From: an uncultured Spirochaetota bacterium
Lineage (GTDB): Bacteria; Spirochaetota; Brevinematia; Brevinematales; JAOACQ01
NCBI GenBank assembly: GCA_963768055.1
Contig: CAVYGN010000001.1
Span: 1,504,001 to 1,568,000, forward strand
DNA length: 64,000 nucleotides
Direction of reading: 5' to 3'
Shown here: positions 1 to 9,443 of the stretch, piece by piece
Numbering within the stretch: the stretch's first letter is position 1
How the letters are laid out: each line of letters starts with the position of its first letter
Made by a program: the position numbers and the translations under genes
The notes under the pieces: model-generated
The model's input: the letters and a program-made list of their open reading frames with translations, nothing else
Database searches by the model: none
What the model was told of the DNA's origin: nothing

Positions 1-512
1 AATTTTATAGCCGTGCCGCTCGGTGAATCTTTTTTCATTCTATGATGTATTTCGACGATTTCAGGATCAAATCCTTCTCCCAATACCTCCGCGGCTATTT
101 TTACAAGCCTTGAAAGAAGATTGACGCCCACGCTGAAATTCGGCGCCCAGATAGCCGGTATATTTTTGCCGGCTTCCTTAAGCAGATATTTATCGTCATC
201 GCTAATTCCGGTAGTCCCGATAACTATCGCTTTACGCAAATTCAGCGCAGCTTCTATATTTTTCGCCGAGGCTGACGGGCTTGAAAAATCGATTAAAACA
301 TCCGAAGCCGACAGGGCTTTTTCAATATCGCTTATTATAGGAACAGAAAGATTCCTGCCGATTCCGCTTATCTCTCCCGCATCCCTGCCAAGATATGGAT
401 TTTGAGGATTTTCAACGGCTCCGGTCAGTATCGATTCTTTGTCCGAACTGATTACTTTAATATTCACCCTTCCCATTTTTCCGGCAGCGCCCGTTACGGT
501 TATTTTCAGCAT
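1..512 (-). CDS. dapB: 4-hydroxy-tetrahydrodipicolinate reductase (runs off window start)
   Basis: Manual translation from ATG at 512: MLKITVTGAAGKMGR, then DVLIDFS, IVIGTTG, APNFSVGVN and EIHHRMKKDSPSGTA motifs; absent from the ORF track because it is truncated. Confidence 0.92.
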   Translation of the reverse strand, partial: MLKITVTGAAGKMGRVNIKVISSDKESILTGAVENPQNPYLGRDAGEISGIGRNLSVPIISDIEKALSASDVLIDFSSPSASAKNIEAALNLRKAIVIGTTGISDDDKYLLKEAGKNIPAIWAPNFSVGVNLLSRLVKIAAEVLGEGFDPEIVEIHHRMKKDSPSGTAIK

Positions 513-517
513 AATAA

Positions 518-1897
518 TTAAACTCCGCCTATCATGACATCTTTAATAATTATATGCGGACTGCCCGTTGATACCGGCAACCCCCCCTGACCGCCCTTGC
601 CGCATCCCCCAAGACCTCCATGATGAGTCAGATCATTGCCGATTTTTGTTATATTATGGAGAGTCGAGAAAACATTGCCGGTCAGAACGGCATCCCTTAT
701 CAATTCTCCTATTTTACCGTTTTTGATCCTGTAGGCATAAGCTGAAGAAAATGTAAACATCTCAAGATTAGTCATTCCCCCCAAATAGTCGACTGCATAT
801 ATCCCGTCCTCTATTGAAGAAAGCAGTTCCTCAAATTTATAATCCCCCCTGTCGATGAACGTGTTTGTCATTCTTACTATAGGCTGGAAAGCCGGATTTA
901 TGGCCCTGGCGTTTCCGGTAGCGTTTTCATTCATCTTACCGGCTGTTTCCCTTGAATGAAGCCTGGAGTTTAGAAGCCCGTTCTTTATAAGATCGTTACG
1001 GCCCGTTTTTATACCCTCGTCATCGTATGGCGTATAACCCGCGAGTCCTGGTATTGAGCCGTCATCGATGATATTGAGGGTCCCGGGGCCGAATTCCCTG
1101 CCCAGAACCATTACCGACTGCATTTTTGGGTTCTCATACAAAAAATCCGATTCGGAAAGATGTCCGAAGGCTTCATGAGCGAACACTCCCGCAAGGTTAG
1201 AGTCAAGGAGAACCGTGTAAGTCCCCGATTCAACTTTTTTTGCGTTCAGAAGATCCATAGCCCTTTTCTTTACCGATTCTACATTATTCTCACGCCCCAA
1301 TACAAGTTCCATCCCTCCATACTGACCGACAGACTCGAATGCCTGCTGAACATTCGAACCGTCTTTTGCCATCGCAGAATAGGAGACTCCTGTAAACACC
1401 TTTGTTTGTGAAATTTCCCCCCCTTCGGTATTTACGAAAAACTTTTCCACATTCCAGTCGGAATATATAACCCTTGTCGAAGCTATGCCCGGATGTTTCA
1501 ATATATTATTGTATTGGTTCGCAATTTCGTTTTTCTCCTTTAAAGTAAACGAACCCGGGTCTATTTTATAATCAGTCTTTAAAACGGCTTTTACAGGCCC
1601 GGTCTTAAAAATTACAGTTTTTTTGTCCGCCTTGCTCTCACTTACCAGTTTTGCATTCCTGCATGCCGAGGCAATACTCTTATCAAAATCTATCTCATTA
1701 AAAGAAGAAAATCCCCAGCCGCCCCTTATAAGGGCCCTGACGTTTCCTGATGAAGTTTTAGAGGTCTGGACAGCTTCTATGTTATTGTTTGAATAAACGA
1801 TCCTTGTTGAATTTATTATTTCATAATGGATCTCTCCATAATCAGCGTCCAGTTTTTTGATTTTATCGGTTAAAAGTGAAAGCATTTTCACCCCCAT
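518..1897 (-). CDS. tldD: TldD/PmbA family metalloprotease (TldD-like)
   Basis: HEAFGHLSE zinc motif, PIVRMTNT, C-terminal GCGKGGQ...PVSTGSPH. Confidence 0.9.
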   Translation of the reverse strand: MGVKMLSLLTDKIKKLDADYGEIHYEIINSTRIVYSNNNIEAVQTSKTSSGNVRALIRGGWGFSSFNEIDFDKSIASACRNAKLVSESKADKKTVIFKTGPVKAVLKTDYKIDPGSFTLKEKNEIANQYNNILKHPGIASTRVIYSDWNVEKFFVNTEGGEISQTKVFTGVSYSAMAKDGSNVQQAFESVGQYGGMELVLGRENNVESVKKRAMDLLNAKKVESGTYTVLLDSNLAGVFAHEAFGHLSESDFLYENPKMQSVMVLGREFGPGTLNIIDDGSIPGLAGYTPYDDEGIKTGRNDLIKNGLLNSRLHSRETAGKMNENATGNARAINPAFQPIVRMTNTFIDRGDYKFEELLSSIEDGIYAVDYLGGMTNLEMFTFSSAYAYRIKNGKIGELIRDAVLTGNVFSTLHNITKIGNDLTHHGGLGGCGKGGQGGLPVSTGSPHIIIKDVMIGGV

Positions 1898-1939
1898 GAA
1901 AACAAAAAAAGCGCCACAGGCGCTTACGCCGCAGGGCGC

Positions 1940-2182
1940 TTATTGAAGTTTCTTATTCTGTTCTTCAACTAATTTCTCGACTTTTTTTACCTCTTCCTCA
2001 AGATGGTTGACTTTGCATGATACTATATGAAAACCTTCTATTATCTCCTTACTGATTTTTTCCATTGCATGTTCGACTGTTTCAAGATGTGTTTTAGTAT
2101 TCAGGACCCTGAACTCGACTTTATCCAATTCCTGTTTGATATTCATTACCTTTTCCATGACATTGTCCAGATTCTTTTCCAT
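1940..2182 (-). CDS. small coiled-coil hypothetical protein
   Basis: 80-aa heptad-rich ORF with GGAGGA RBS; hairpin plus T-run downstream at about 1904-1939. Confidence 0.7.
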   Translation of the reverse strand: MEKNLDNVMEKVMNIKQELDKVEFRVLNTKTHLETVEHAMEKISKEIIEGFHIVSCKVNHLEEEVKKVEKLVEEQNKKLQ

Positions 2183-2364
2183 CTTTTCCTCCGATAATTT
2201 AATGTAAATATGGCGCGTTTAACCCGATTCTCAATAATTATAAATTCAGTTAAATATTAAAGCAATTCGTAATAATATTCCAAAATTCATTTGCTTTAAC
2301 AACAGCTCTCTTCTATAATAAAAATCCGGTCTTAACCGCCCGGAATTCATGAAACGGGAAAAGC

Positions 2365-3546
2365 ATGAAATTGTTATATTACGACTGTTTTGCGGGGATA
2401 AGCGGCGATATGAACCTCGGTGCCCTTCTTGACGCAGGCGTCGAAAGCGAATATCTCTACAGGGAACTTAAAAAGCTCAAGATTAACGGATACGAACTTA
2501 AAATATTCCCGGATAAAAGAAAGGGTATAAAAGGGATAAAGGCTGAAGTCGTCCTGAAAGATCGACCGGTTCAGCTCTTGAGGAATATCATATCTATAAA
2601 GGAAATCTTAACAAAGAGTTCCCTGGGAGAAAACGTTATTAAAAATTCCCTCAGGGTGTTTGAAAATATCGCCGCGGCAGAAGCAAAGGTGCATGGGACG
2701 GCCATAGATGAAGTCCACTTTCACGAAATCGGAGCGATTGACTCTATCATCGATATTGTCGGCTCGGTAATCTGCCTCGACCGCCTGAGACCAGATAAAA
2801 TAATGAGTTCCAGTGTGGAGCTGGGGGGAGGTTTCATAAACTGCGATCATGGAATATTGCCCGTACCGGCCCCTGCGACGGCTGAATTGCTGTCAGGAGT
2901 GCCTGTAAAAAAGAACGGGGCTCCTTTCGAAATGACTACTCCTACCGGTGCAGCCATCCTCAAAACATTCGTTGATTCTTTTTCGGACCGGCCCGAGTTC
3001 CGGATAATAAAGACCGGATACGGGATCGGAGGGCGCGATACTGAAATTCCGAATGTCTTGAGGGTTTTTATCTGTGAAACTCAGCACTCCGGAAAAGATA
3101 AAGATATAGAGCTTTATCAGGAAATTATCCTGGAAACTAATTTAGACGATATGAATCCCGAATCCAGTTCTTACCTCATGGAAAAGCTTTTTAATTCAGG
3201 CGCCGCCGATGTATTCTTCACTCCGATAATTATGAAAAAAAGCAGGCCGGCTTACAGGATCAGCGTTCTTTGTTCAAAAGATAAAGAGGAGCCGGTCAGG
3301 GATGTACTGTTTTCAGAGACTTCGACATTCGGCATCAGGATATCCGAGATCAGGAAAATAGCCCTGCAAAGGGATTATAAAAAGGTTGAAACCAGGTTCG
3401 GAAAAGTAACGGTTAAAACCGCTTATTTCAGGGGAAGACCGTTGAAGAGCAAACTCGAGTTCGAGGAACTTCAAAAAATAGCAGAAGAGAATAATTTGAG
3501 CTATCCAGAAGCCGAAAGAGAGATTAAAAAGGAAACGGGTATATAA
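2365..3546 (+). CDS. larC: nickel pincer cofactor biosynthesis protein LarC (Ni insertase)
   Basis: YYDCFAGISGDMNLGAL, VHFHEIGAIDSIIDI, HGILPVPAPAT, ETNLDD, MKKSRP motifs. Confidence 0.95.
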   Translation: MKLLYYDCFAGISGDMNLGALLDAGVESEYLYRELKKLKINGYELKIFPDKRKGIKGIKAEVVLKDRPVQLLRNIISIKEILTKSSLGENVIKNSLRVFENIAAAEAKVHGTAIDEVHFHEIGAIDSIIDIVGSVICLDRLRPDKIMSSSVELGGGFINCDHGILPVPAPATAELLSGVPVKKNGAPFEMTTPTGAAILKTFVDSFSDRPEFRIIKTGYGIGGRDTEIPNVLRVFICETQHSGKDKDIELYQEIILETNLDDMNPESSSYLMEKLFNSGAADVFFTPIIMKKSRPAYRISVLCSKDKEEPVRDVLFSETSTFGIRISEIRKIALQRDYKKVETRFGKVTVKTAYFRGRPLKSKLEFEELQKIAEENNLSYPEAEREIKKETGI

Positions 3547-4296
3547 ATGAACCCTGAAGATATCGCTTCTATCCTGTCAAAAGTTCGTAACCATGAACTA
3601 TCGGTTGAAGAGGCTATGGAGAAAATGAAAGATCTTCCCTTCAAGGATCTGGGTTTCGCAAAAATAGACAACCATAGAGAACTAAGGCTGGGATATCCCG
3701 AAGTCATATATTGCGCGGGCAAAACAATCGAGCAGGTTAAGACCATTTTCCTTTATCTTCTGGGAAGCGGAAGGAATATTCTCGCCACGAGGGCTTCCGA
3801 AGAGATGTTCGAAGAAATAAAGAAAATTTGCATGGAAGCTGTTTATCATAGAGAAGCCCGCGCCATAACCGTTGTTAAAAGGGAGATCAAGACCGGAAAA
3901 TCATCGATTGCCATAGTGACCGCAGGAACCTCGGACATCCCTGTCGCGGAAGAAGCGGCGGTTACCGCCGAGTCTTTCGGGAATAAAGTGGAAAGGTATT
4001 TCGATATAGGGGTTGCGGGGATCCACAGGCTATTCAAGAGCCTGCCCGAGATCAGGAAAGCCAGGGTAATCATAGCGATAGCGGGAATGGAGGGGGCGCT
4101 GGCAAGCGTTTTAGGCGGGCTCGTCGAAAGGCCTATAATAGCCGTTCCTACGAGCGTGGGCTACGGAGCAAGTTTCGAGGGGCTTGCGGCCCTTTTAACG
4201 ATGCTTAACAGCTGCGCGCCCGGGATATCGGTAGTCAACATAGACAACGGCTTCGGAGCAGGATACATGGCCAGCATGATAAACAGGATCGAGTGA
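3547..4296 (+). CDS. larB: nickel pincer cofactor biosynthesis protein LarB (AIR carboxylase-like)
   Basis: AGTSDIPVAEEA, DIGVAGIHRL, AGMEGAL, PTSVGYG, VVNIDNGFGAG; abuts larC. Confidence 0.95.
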   Translation: MNPEDIASILSKVRNHELSVEEAMEKMKDLPFKDLGFAKIDNHRELRLGYPEVIYCAGKTIEQVKTIFLYLLGSGRNILATRASEEMFEEIKKICMEAVYHREARAITVVKREIKTGKSSIAIVTAGTSDIPVAEEAAVTAESFGNKVERYFDIGVAGIHRLFKSLPEIRKARVIIAIAGMEGALASVLGGLVERPIIAVPTSVGYGASFEGLAALLTMLNSCAPGISVVNIDNGFGAGYMASMINRIE

Positions 4297-4428
4297 TCTT
4301 TTTACAGATGGATCAACAGTAAAGTCAAAGAACTCAATTCGATCAGGTTCATGCATAGCTGCATTTGACAATAATCATTCTCTAAACTAGACTGTTTTCA
4401 AGGAAGAATTTATTTTTTGAGGTAATAT

Positions 4429-5130
4429 ATGTTGAATAAAATTTTGAAAATTTCCGCCTTATGCGCTGTCTTCCCGGCAATCCTCTCTTTTGTTTCTTGC
4501 CCTAGCAATCCGGGGTCTAATAATAATACAAATTCAAATTCAAGCGCTCCTACCACCACCATCCTTGACGATAATTTTACCCGGCCCAATCAATCCGGAC
4601 TCGGAGGAGGGTGGGTCTTAACAACCGGAACGGCATCTATAAATAACAACCTTGCCTTATTGACGGGAACATCCGGTTCTTCAATGGCCATTGTTACGAC
4701 CAATATGGCTTTCACAAGCACATATTTTAAAATTACCGCGAATTACAGCATGGATCCGGGAAGCGGGTTTGTTCAGAATTTATATATATCGGGTTTAAGC
4801 GGCAACAATTATACAGTTTGGGACACCGGAGGGATAATCGTATTGCTTAAAAACAATCCAACTATAAATCTTGCAGTTTTGACCTATATTTTCAACAGCT
4901 CGCACCAGTATCAATTGACAGTCGAGAATAACTCCGGGAATTTTACGCTTACTATGTACGATAAAACGGTAGCAACTACCGTGTATAGGACAGGTTCCGA
5001 TTCAAGCCCCTTTACAAGCTTTGGCAGTTTTGCATTGGATGGCGGCGGATATGTCAGTTCCGTCTCTAAAAACGCATACGTAAGCGAAATTAAATTGAAT
5101 ACAGGTAAAATTATCGTTATCGCTTTATGA
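4429..5130 (+). CDS. putative lipoprotein, beta-rich (lectin/jelly-roll-like)
   Basis: Signal peptide ending FVS-C, then Asn/Ser linker; GAGG RBS. Confidence 0.7.
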   Translation: MLNKILKISALCAVFPAILSFVSCPSNPGSNNNTNSNSSAPTTTILDDNFTRPNQSGLGGGWVLTTGTASINNNLALLTGTSGSSMAIVTTNMAFTSTYFKITANYSMDPGSGFVQNLYISGLSGNNYTVWDTGGIIVLLKNNPTINLAVLTYIFNSSHQYQLTVENNSGNFTLTMYDKTVATTVYRTGSDSSPFTSFGSFALDGGGYVSSVSKNAYVSEIKLNTGKIIVIAL

Positions 5131-5361
5131 GGGAGCAATAAATATAAAAGAGGGATCAAATATTCAACATCTGCCTGGTCGCAGCTTAACAATGTCCCCG
5201 GAATTTACGCCCTTGTTAAAACTGCGGGCCTTAAAAACATCCGGAAAAACGCGACAGGCCTGCCTTGGCTGAAGATTAAAAAATAGATGTTTTTGTTTGT
5301 CCGGCATATGAACAGCGGGTTACCGGATGCCCGGGAGGAACAGGTTTGCCGCCCTTGATTG

Positions 5362-6096
5362 TTACTTTAAATTATGCGCCAGCAGGAATTCTCCGTCCGA
5401 AAGGATGTCCTCCGGCCTGCCTGTCCTTATGATAGTGTGATCCTCCGAAAGCACGACGGCAGTTTCGAAGATGCCTTCGATATATTCGTATTCATGGGTC
5501 GCGCATATTATGGTCTTTCCCGCCCTGTTAAGGTCTATTATAAGCCCTTTCATAAACCTTTTAATTCCCGGATCAAGTCCGTCGAGGGGTTCGTCAAGGG
5601 TAAGAACCTCAGGGTTCAGAGAGAGAACTGCGGCTATCGCAACCTTCTTTTTCTCCCCCTCGCTAAGGTGGTAGGGTTCCCTGTGCTTTAAGTGCTCTAT
5701 CCCCAGCATGCAAAGGCAATCCCTGACCCTGCTGTTCACTTCCTCTTCCGTAAAACGCATCTGCCTGGGCCCGAAAGCTAACTCTTCGTAAACGTTCTGG
5801 CAGAACAGCTGGGCGTCGGAATTTTGAAATACGAAACCTATGCTCTTATGGAATTTTTTTGAGTAGGCCCTGTCGCTTAATTTTTTCGAATCGATGATAT
5901 CACCGTTGAAAAAATAATCTCCCGAATCAGGAAAAACTATGCCGTTGATCATTTTCAGCAGGGTGGATTTACCGCTACCGTTAGGCCCGATTACGGCATA
6001 AGATCCGCCTTCAGCTACGCTCAGGTCCAGATCATTAAGCGCGGGGCAATTCCTGTAGCTGTAATTAACGTTTTTGAACTCGATTATATATTTCAT
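5362..6096 (-). CDS. cbiO: ECF Ni/Co transporter ATPase (CbiO/NikO)
   Basis: Walker A GPNGSGKST, VFQNSDAQLF, LSEGEKKKVAIA, LDEP. Confidence 0.9.
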   Translation of the reverse strand: MKYIIEFKNVNYSYRNCPALNDLDLSVAEGGSYAVIGPNGSGKSTLLKMINGIVFPDSGDYFFNGDIIDSKKLSDRAYSKKFHKSIGFVFQNSDAQLFCQNVYEELAFGPRQMRFTEEEVNSRVRDCLCMLGIEHLKHREPYHLSEGEKKKVAIAAVLSLNPEVLTLDEPLDGLDPGIKRFMKGLIIDLNRAGKTIICATHEYEYIEGIFETAVVLSEDHTIIRTGRPEDILSDGEFLLAHNLK

Positions 6097-6154
6097 TCAA
6101 ACCTTCCGGGGGCCATTATTAAATAACGGAACTGTCTACTTGGAAAACCTCAAA

Positions 6155-6200
6155 TTGAAACCACCGATTTCACAGATTAAAATGATTATCTGTGAAATCT
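6155..6200. repeat. left arm of GxxExxY cassette 1 (CACAGAT, about 9-nt period)
   Basis: TTGAAACCACCGATTTCACAGAT; also folds locally as GATTTCACAGAT...ATCTGTGAAATC. Confidence 0.85.
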
Positions 6201-6212
6201 ACAAAAATTGTA

Positions 6213-6590
6213 TTAGTTTGCAAACCTTTTGAATTTTAATGAGCTTTCGCCAAAGTTAATTAATAAACCGATTTTCTTTTTGGAATTCTTCAAACTATTT
6301 ATAATTTGAGCTTCATCTGTTTTTGTAAGGCATCGCTCCGCTTTTATCTCCACTATAACTTCATGAAAAATTATAAAATCTGGAATGTAATACTTTCTCA
6401 ATTCAGAGTTTTTATAAAAAACTTTTAGCAATGGTTGCGCTTCATATGGTATTTTCCTCATTCTGAATTCTATTTCAAGACATTCCTGATAAACAGCTTC
6501 CAGAAAACCAGATCCCATTTCTTTATGGACTTCCATTACCGCGCCAATGATCTCATATGTTCGTGGATCGTTGCTTGTTTTTTTGACCAT
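6213..6590 (-). CDS. GxxExxY protein (PD-(D/E)XK nuclease superfamily)
   Basis: GSGFLEAVYQECL signature, IPDF..IVEIK, GLLINFG; AT-rich. Confidence 0.93.
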   Translation of the reverse strand: MVKKTSNDPRTYEIIGAVMEVHKEMGSGFLEAVYQECLEIEFRMRKIPYEAQPLLKVFYKNSELRKYYIPDFIIFHEVIVEIKAERCLTKTDEAQIINSLKNSKKKIGLLINFGESSLKFKRFAN

Positions 6591-6606
6591 GTTTATAATT
6601 ATAACA

Positions 6607-6663
6607 AGATTTCACTGATAATTCAAAATAATCTGTGATTATCTGTGGAATCTGTGGTTTCAA
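6607..6663. repeat. right arm of GxxExxY cassette 1
   Basis: ATCTGTG x3; 6641-6663 is the reverse complement of 6155-6177 at 21/23. Confidence 0.85.
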
Positions 6664-6698
6664 CCCGCGTTAAACGGTTTGTAAAGTAGATAATTCCG

Positions 6699-7502
6699 TT
6701 AAATAAAAAAAAACGTGGATATCAACAGGCAGTCCAGTCCGATAAAAATAAAATCTCCGGTTTTTAAGCGGAATTTCCATGGTGGAAGATAACTGCCGTT
6801 AAAACCCCTGCATTCCATCGCGTAATATGTCAATTCAGCCATTTCTTTGGATTTCAGGAACAACCCGCCCATCAGGTTTGAAAGCGACTGGTGTTTTTTG
6901 TCGTTTTTCCCGACAGACCTGAGCCGGAGCGCATAAAGCATATTTATTGAAAATTCCCCTAGAATAAAAATGTATTTTATAGTAATATCGAACACTAATA
7001 TGAAAACATCGGGGAGCTTTATAACTTTCATCGAATGAGTGATGTGGCTCCATTTAGTTGAATTTGCCAGGATATTTACAGCGGTAAGACTTCCGGTGAT
7101 TTTTAAAAACAGTATAGCGCAGTTGGAAAAATTTCCGGCGATCGCCGACGGAAGAAGGATAAGCGCCGAAAATAATCCGGATGTTAAAATCACGAAAGCC
7201 GTTCTTTTAATATCCTCCAGTTCAAGCATTCCCAGCGCCAGGAGTATATAAGCGTCGGAAAGCAATACGAATTGAATGGAGAAAGATAACGACAGAAATA
7301 TTATGAACATAAAAGTAAAAATGAATTTTATGGTCGCATTGAGCCTGTAAATTATCCCGTTTTCCGGTTTCCCCGCCCAGCGGATCCCCGAAAGCATGCC
7401 GAGAACATTGAGTATGCTTTTATCGATAAACGCGTCGCTGTCTCTCTGAAGCCCGAATTCATCTTTCTTCATCAGCCAGTCAGTCACTTTTCCTCCGGAC
7501 AT
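6699..7502 (-). CDS. cbiQ: ECF transporter transmembrane T component (CbiQ/NikQ)
   Basis: Hydrophobic protein with ALRLR and YYAMECRGF motifs; lies between cbiM and cbiO. Confidence 0.88.
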   Translation of the reverse strand: MSGGKVTDWLMKKDEFGLQRDSDAFIDKSILNVLGMLSGIRWAGKPENGIIYRLNATIKFIFTFMFIIFLSLSFSIQFVLLSDAYILLALGMLELEDIKRTAFVILTSGLFSALILLPSAIAGNFSNCAILFLKITGSLTAVNILANSTKWSHITHSMKVIKLPDVFILVFDITIKYIFILGEFSINMLYALRLRSVGKNDKKHQSLSNLMGGLFLKSKEMAELTYYAMECRGFNGSYLPPWKFRLKTGDFIFIGLDCLLISTFFFI

Positions 7503-8464
7503 TTCCTGCCGATAAAACCCGAGATCGCCTTGAAGATAATCAGAATGGCCGCAGTTCCGGCGATTGCGGAAATAACATACCCTGCTATCGTATTTTTAAG
7601 ATTAAAAATATTGTAATCCGTTAAGGGCGCCCTAAATTTAAATCCGCTCAGCATTCCTTCCGGGATATAACCCGTCAGTCTTTTAAGTTCATCCATAGGC
7701 CATTCGCCCCATGCCGTTCCTGAAAATAAAACCCCCAGTGGCGTTAAAACAGCCAGGACTCCCAAAAGCAGGTATAGGGGGCTGAAAATTTTGTTATCGC
7801 CGTCATGGATAATTTCCGGCGATACGCGGCGTATAAAGGCGATGACCCCGGCCGTCACCGTACCCTCGATAAAACCTGCTATTAGGTGGGCGATAAGCAT
7901 TGCGGGTATTGAGACACCAAGAGGATACGGACAGTAGAGCGGATGACCTGCCGGATCGAAAAATAACAAAGGCTGAATGCCGAACTCTACCGCGGTAAAG
8001 AAAGCTGCCAGGTTGATGGAAATGTACCCCGCGATAAAAGCCCCGGCGTATCCGTCAGGATCCCTCTTTATGAATTTCTTTATTAAATTGTAAATGAAAT
8101 AACCGGCAAAAGGTATGACAAAAGCCATATTGAAACAATTGGCGCCGAAAGCCAGAATACCGCCGTCGCCGAATAAAAGCGCCTGGATAAGAAGTGCCGT
8201 AGATACCGCTATTACCGCAGCGTACGGGCCCAGCAGAATTGCTACAAGGGTTGCACCGACGGCGTGCGCCGTAGTCCCGCCCGGAACAGGCACGTTGAAC
8301 ATCATAATGAGAAAGGAAAACGCCGCGGAGATGCCCAGGAGGGGCACCCTCTTCTCGGTCAGTTCTTTTTTTACCTTTTTTACCGACACGGTCCAAATCG
8401 GGATCATTATTGCGCCCATTACCGCGCATGTCTGGGGACTCAGATAATTGTCGGGAATATGCAT
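7484..8464 (-). CDS. cbiM: ECF nickel transporter substrate component NikM/CbiM fused to a C-terminal NikN-like domain
   Basis: N-terminal MHIPDNYLSP metal-binding motif, GGTTAHAVG, QALLFGDGG, C-terminal AWGEW...APLTDY. Confidence 0.92.
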   Translation of the reverse strand: MHIPDNYLSPQTCAVMGAIMIPIWTVSVKKVKKELTEKRVPLLGISAAFSFLIMMFNVPVPGGTTAHAVGATLVAILLGPYAAVIAVSTALLIQALLFGDGGILAFGANCFNMAFVIPFAGYFIYNLIKKFIKRDPDGYAGAFIAGYISINLAAFFTAVEFGIQPLLFFDPAGHPLYCPYPLGVSIPAMLIAHLIAGFIEGTVTAGVIAFIRRVSPEIIHDGDNKIFSPLYLLLGVLAVLTPLGVLFSGTAWGEWPMDELKRLTGYIPEGMLSGFKFRAPLTDYNIFNLKNTIAGYVISAIAGTAAILIIFKAISGFIGRKCPEEK

Positions 8465-8649
8465 TTGCCGTCCTTAAAAACCAAGAATTATAGATCAGAT
8501 TATAAAAATAGACAAAATTTGGGGCTTAAAAACGGGGACTGATGTGGTTCACCGCAGAGGCGCGGTGAAGTTCCCCTTCCAATCTTCAATAATTTTACAA
8601 ATACAATGTTTGTATATATAATCATATATAATTATATTGGAGAAACAAT

Positions 8650-8895
8650 ATGAATACTAGTACTGTTAATATCTCTTTTCAAAAAGAATTACTTAGGCAG
8701 ATTGATAATATAGCTAAGGCTGAAGCCAGAACAAGATCGGAATTGATTCGTGAAGCTGCAAGAATGTATATAGAAAGGAAGAAAAGGCTGGATAAAATGT
8801 TTGCCTTCGGAGACTTCCAGCTGAAGAATAGTAATATTAAAGAAGACCAGCTGGATAATGAAATTCATAAATATAGAAAGTTGAAAAGAAAATGA
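8650..8895 (+). CDS. CopG/ribbon-helix-helix antitoxin
   Basis: VNISFQKELLRQID...RSELIREAAR; overlaps the downstream PIN gene by 4 bp. Confidence 0.82.
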   Translation: MNTSTVNISFQKELLRQIDNIAKAEARTRSELIREAARMYIERKKRLDKMFAFGDFQLKNSNIKEDQLDNEIHKYRKLKRK

Positions 8896-9296
8896 AATCG
8901 GTCAAGGTTGTCCTGGACACCAATGTTATTATATCCGCTATAATATTCGGCGGTAAACCGAGACAACTGATTTATATGATTCACGAAATGAAATTTGAGG
9001 CTTATTTTTCAAAAGATATAATCGACGAGGTATTGGAGATTCTTGAAATGAAATTTGATTATCCAAAAAATAAGCTGATTACAGTTGAGAATGAGCTTAC
9101 ATCAATGGGGGAATTGGTGGAGCCAGGCGTTAAATTGTCAGTTATAAAAGAAGACCCCGATGATGATAAAATAATTGAATGTGCTGTTGCGGCAGAAGCT
9201 GATTATATTGTTTCCGGCGACAAGCATCTTCTTTCTTTTGAAAAATATGGTAATATTGAAATTTTGAAAACCGCTGACTTTTTGGAATTATTTTAG
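8892..9296 (+). CDS. PIN-family putative toxin (VapC-like)
   Basis: VVLDTNVIISA, DPDDDKIIECA, IVSGDKHLL. Confidence 0.92.
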   Translation: MKSVKVVLDTNVIISAIIFGGKPRQLIYMIHEMKFEAYFSKDIIDEVLEILEMKFDYPKNKLITVENELTSMGELVEPGVKLSVIKEDPDDDKIIECAVAAEADYIVSGDKHLLSFEKYGNIEILKTADFLELF

Positions 9297-9443
9297 GAAA
9301 TTATGATGGTTTTATTCCATTAGATATTGAGCGGACGGGCTTTTATGAAATGTTTATCGTGTTCTACCGCCCCCAGCGGTTTTGCGGTGAAACCCCGAAT
9401 ATGCTATAATATAGCGGAATCGAATCTCACAAAGCAGGTATCT

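Larger units (their letters stand above)
6127..6698. mobile_element. non-autonomous IS-like element (23-bp TIRs, 8-bp TSD) containing the GxxExxY cassette
   Basis: Left CGGAACTGTCTACTTGGAAAACC (6127-6149) vs reverse complement of 6676-6698 CGGAATTATCTACTTTACAAACC, 18/23 identical; direct repeat TTAAATAA at 6119-6126 and 6699-6706. Confidence 0.8.

Noticed and set aside
8650..8895. Possible NikR, given its position next to the nickel transporter
   Set aside because: Only an RHH domain with no His/Cys metal-binding C-terminal domain, and it is coupled to a PIN toxin.
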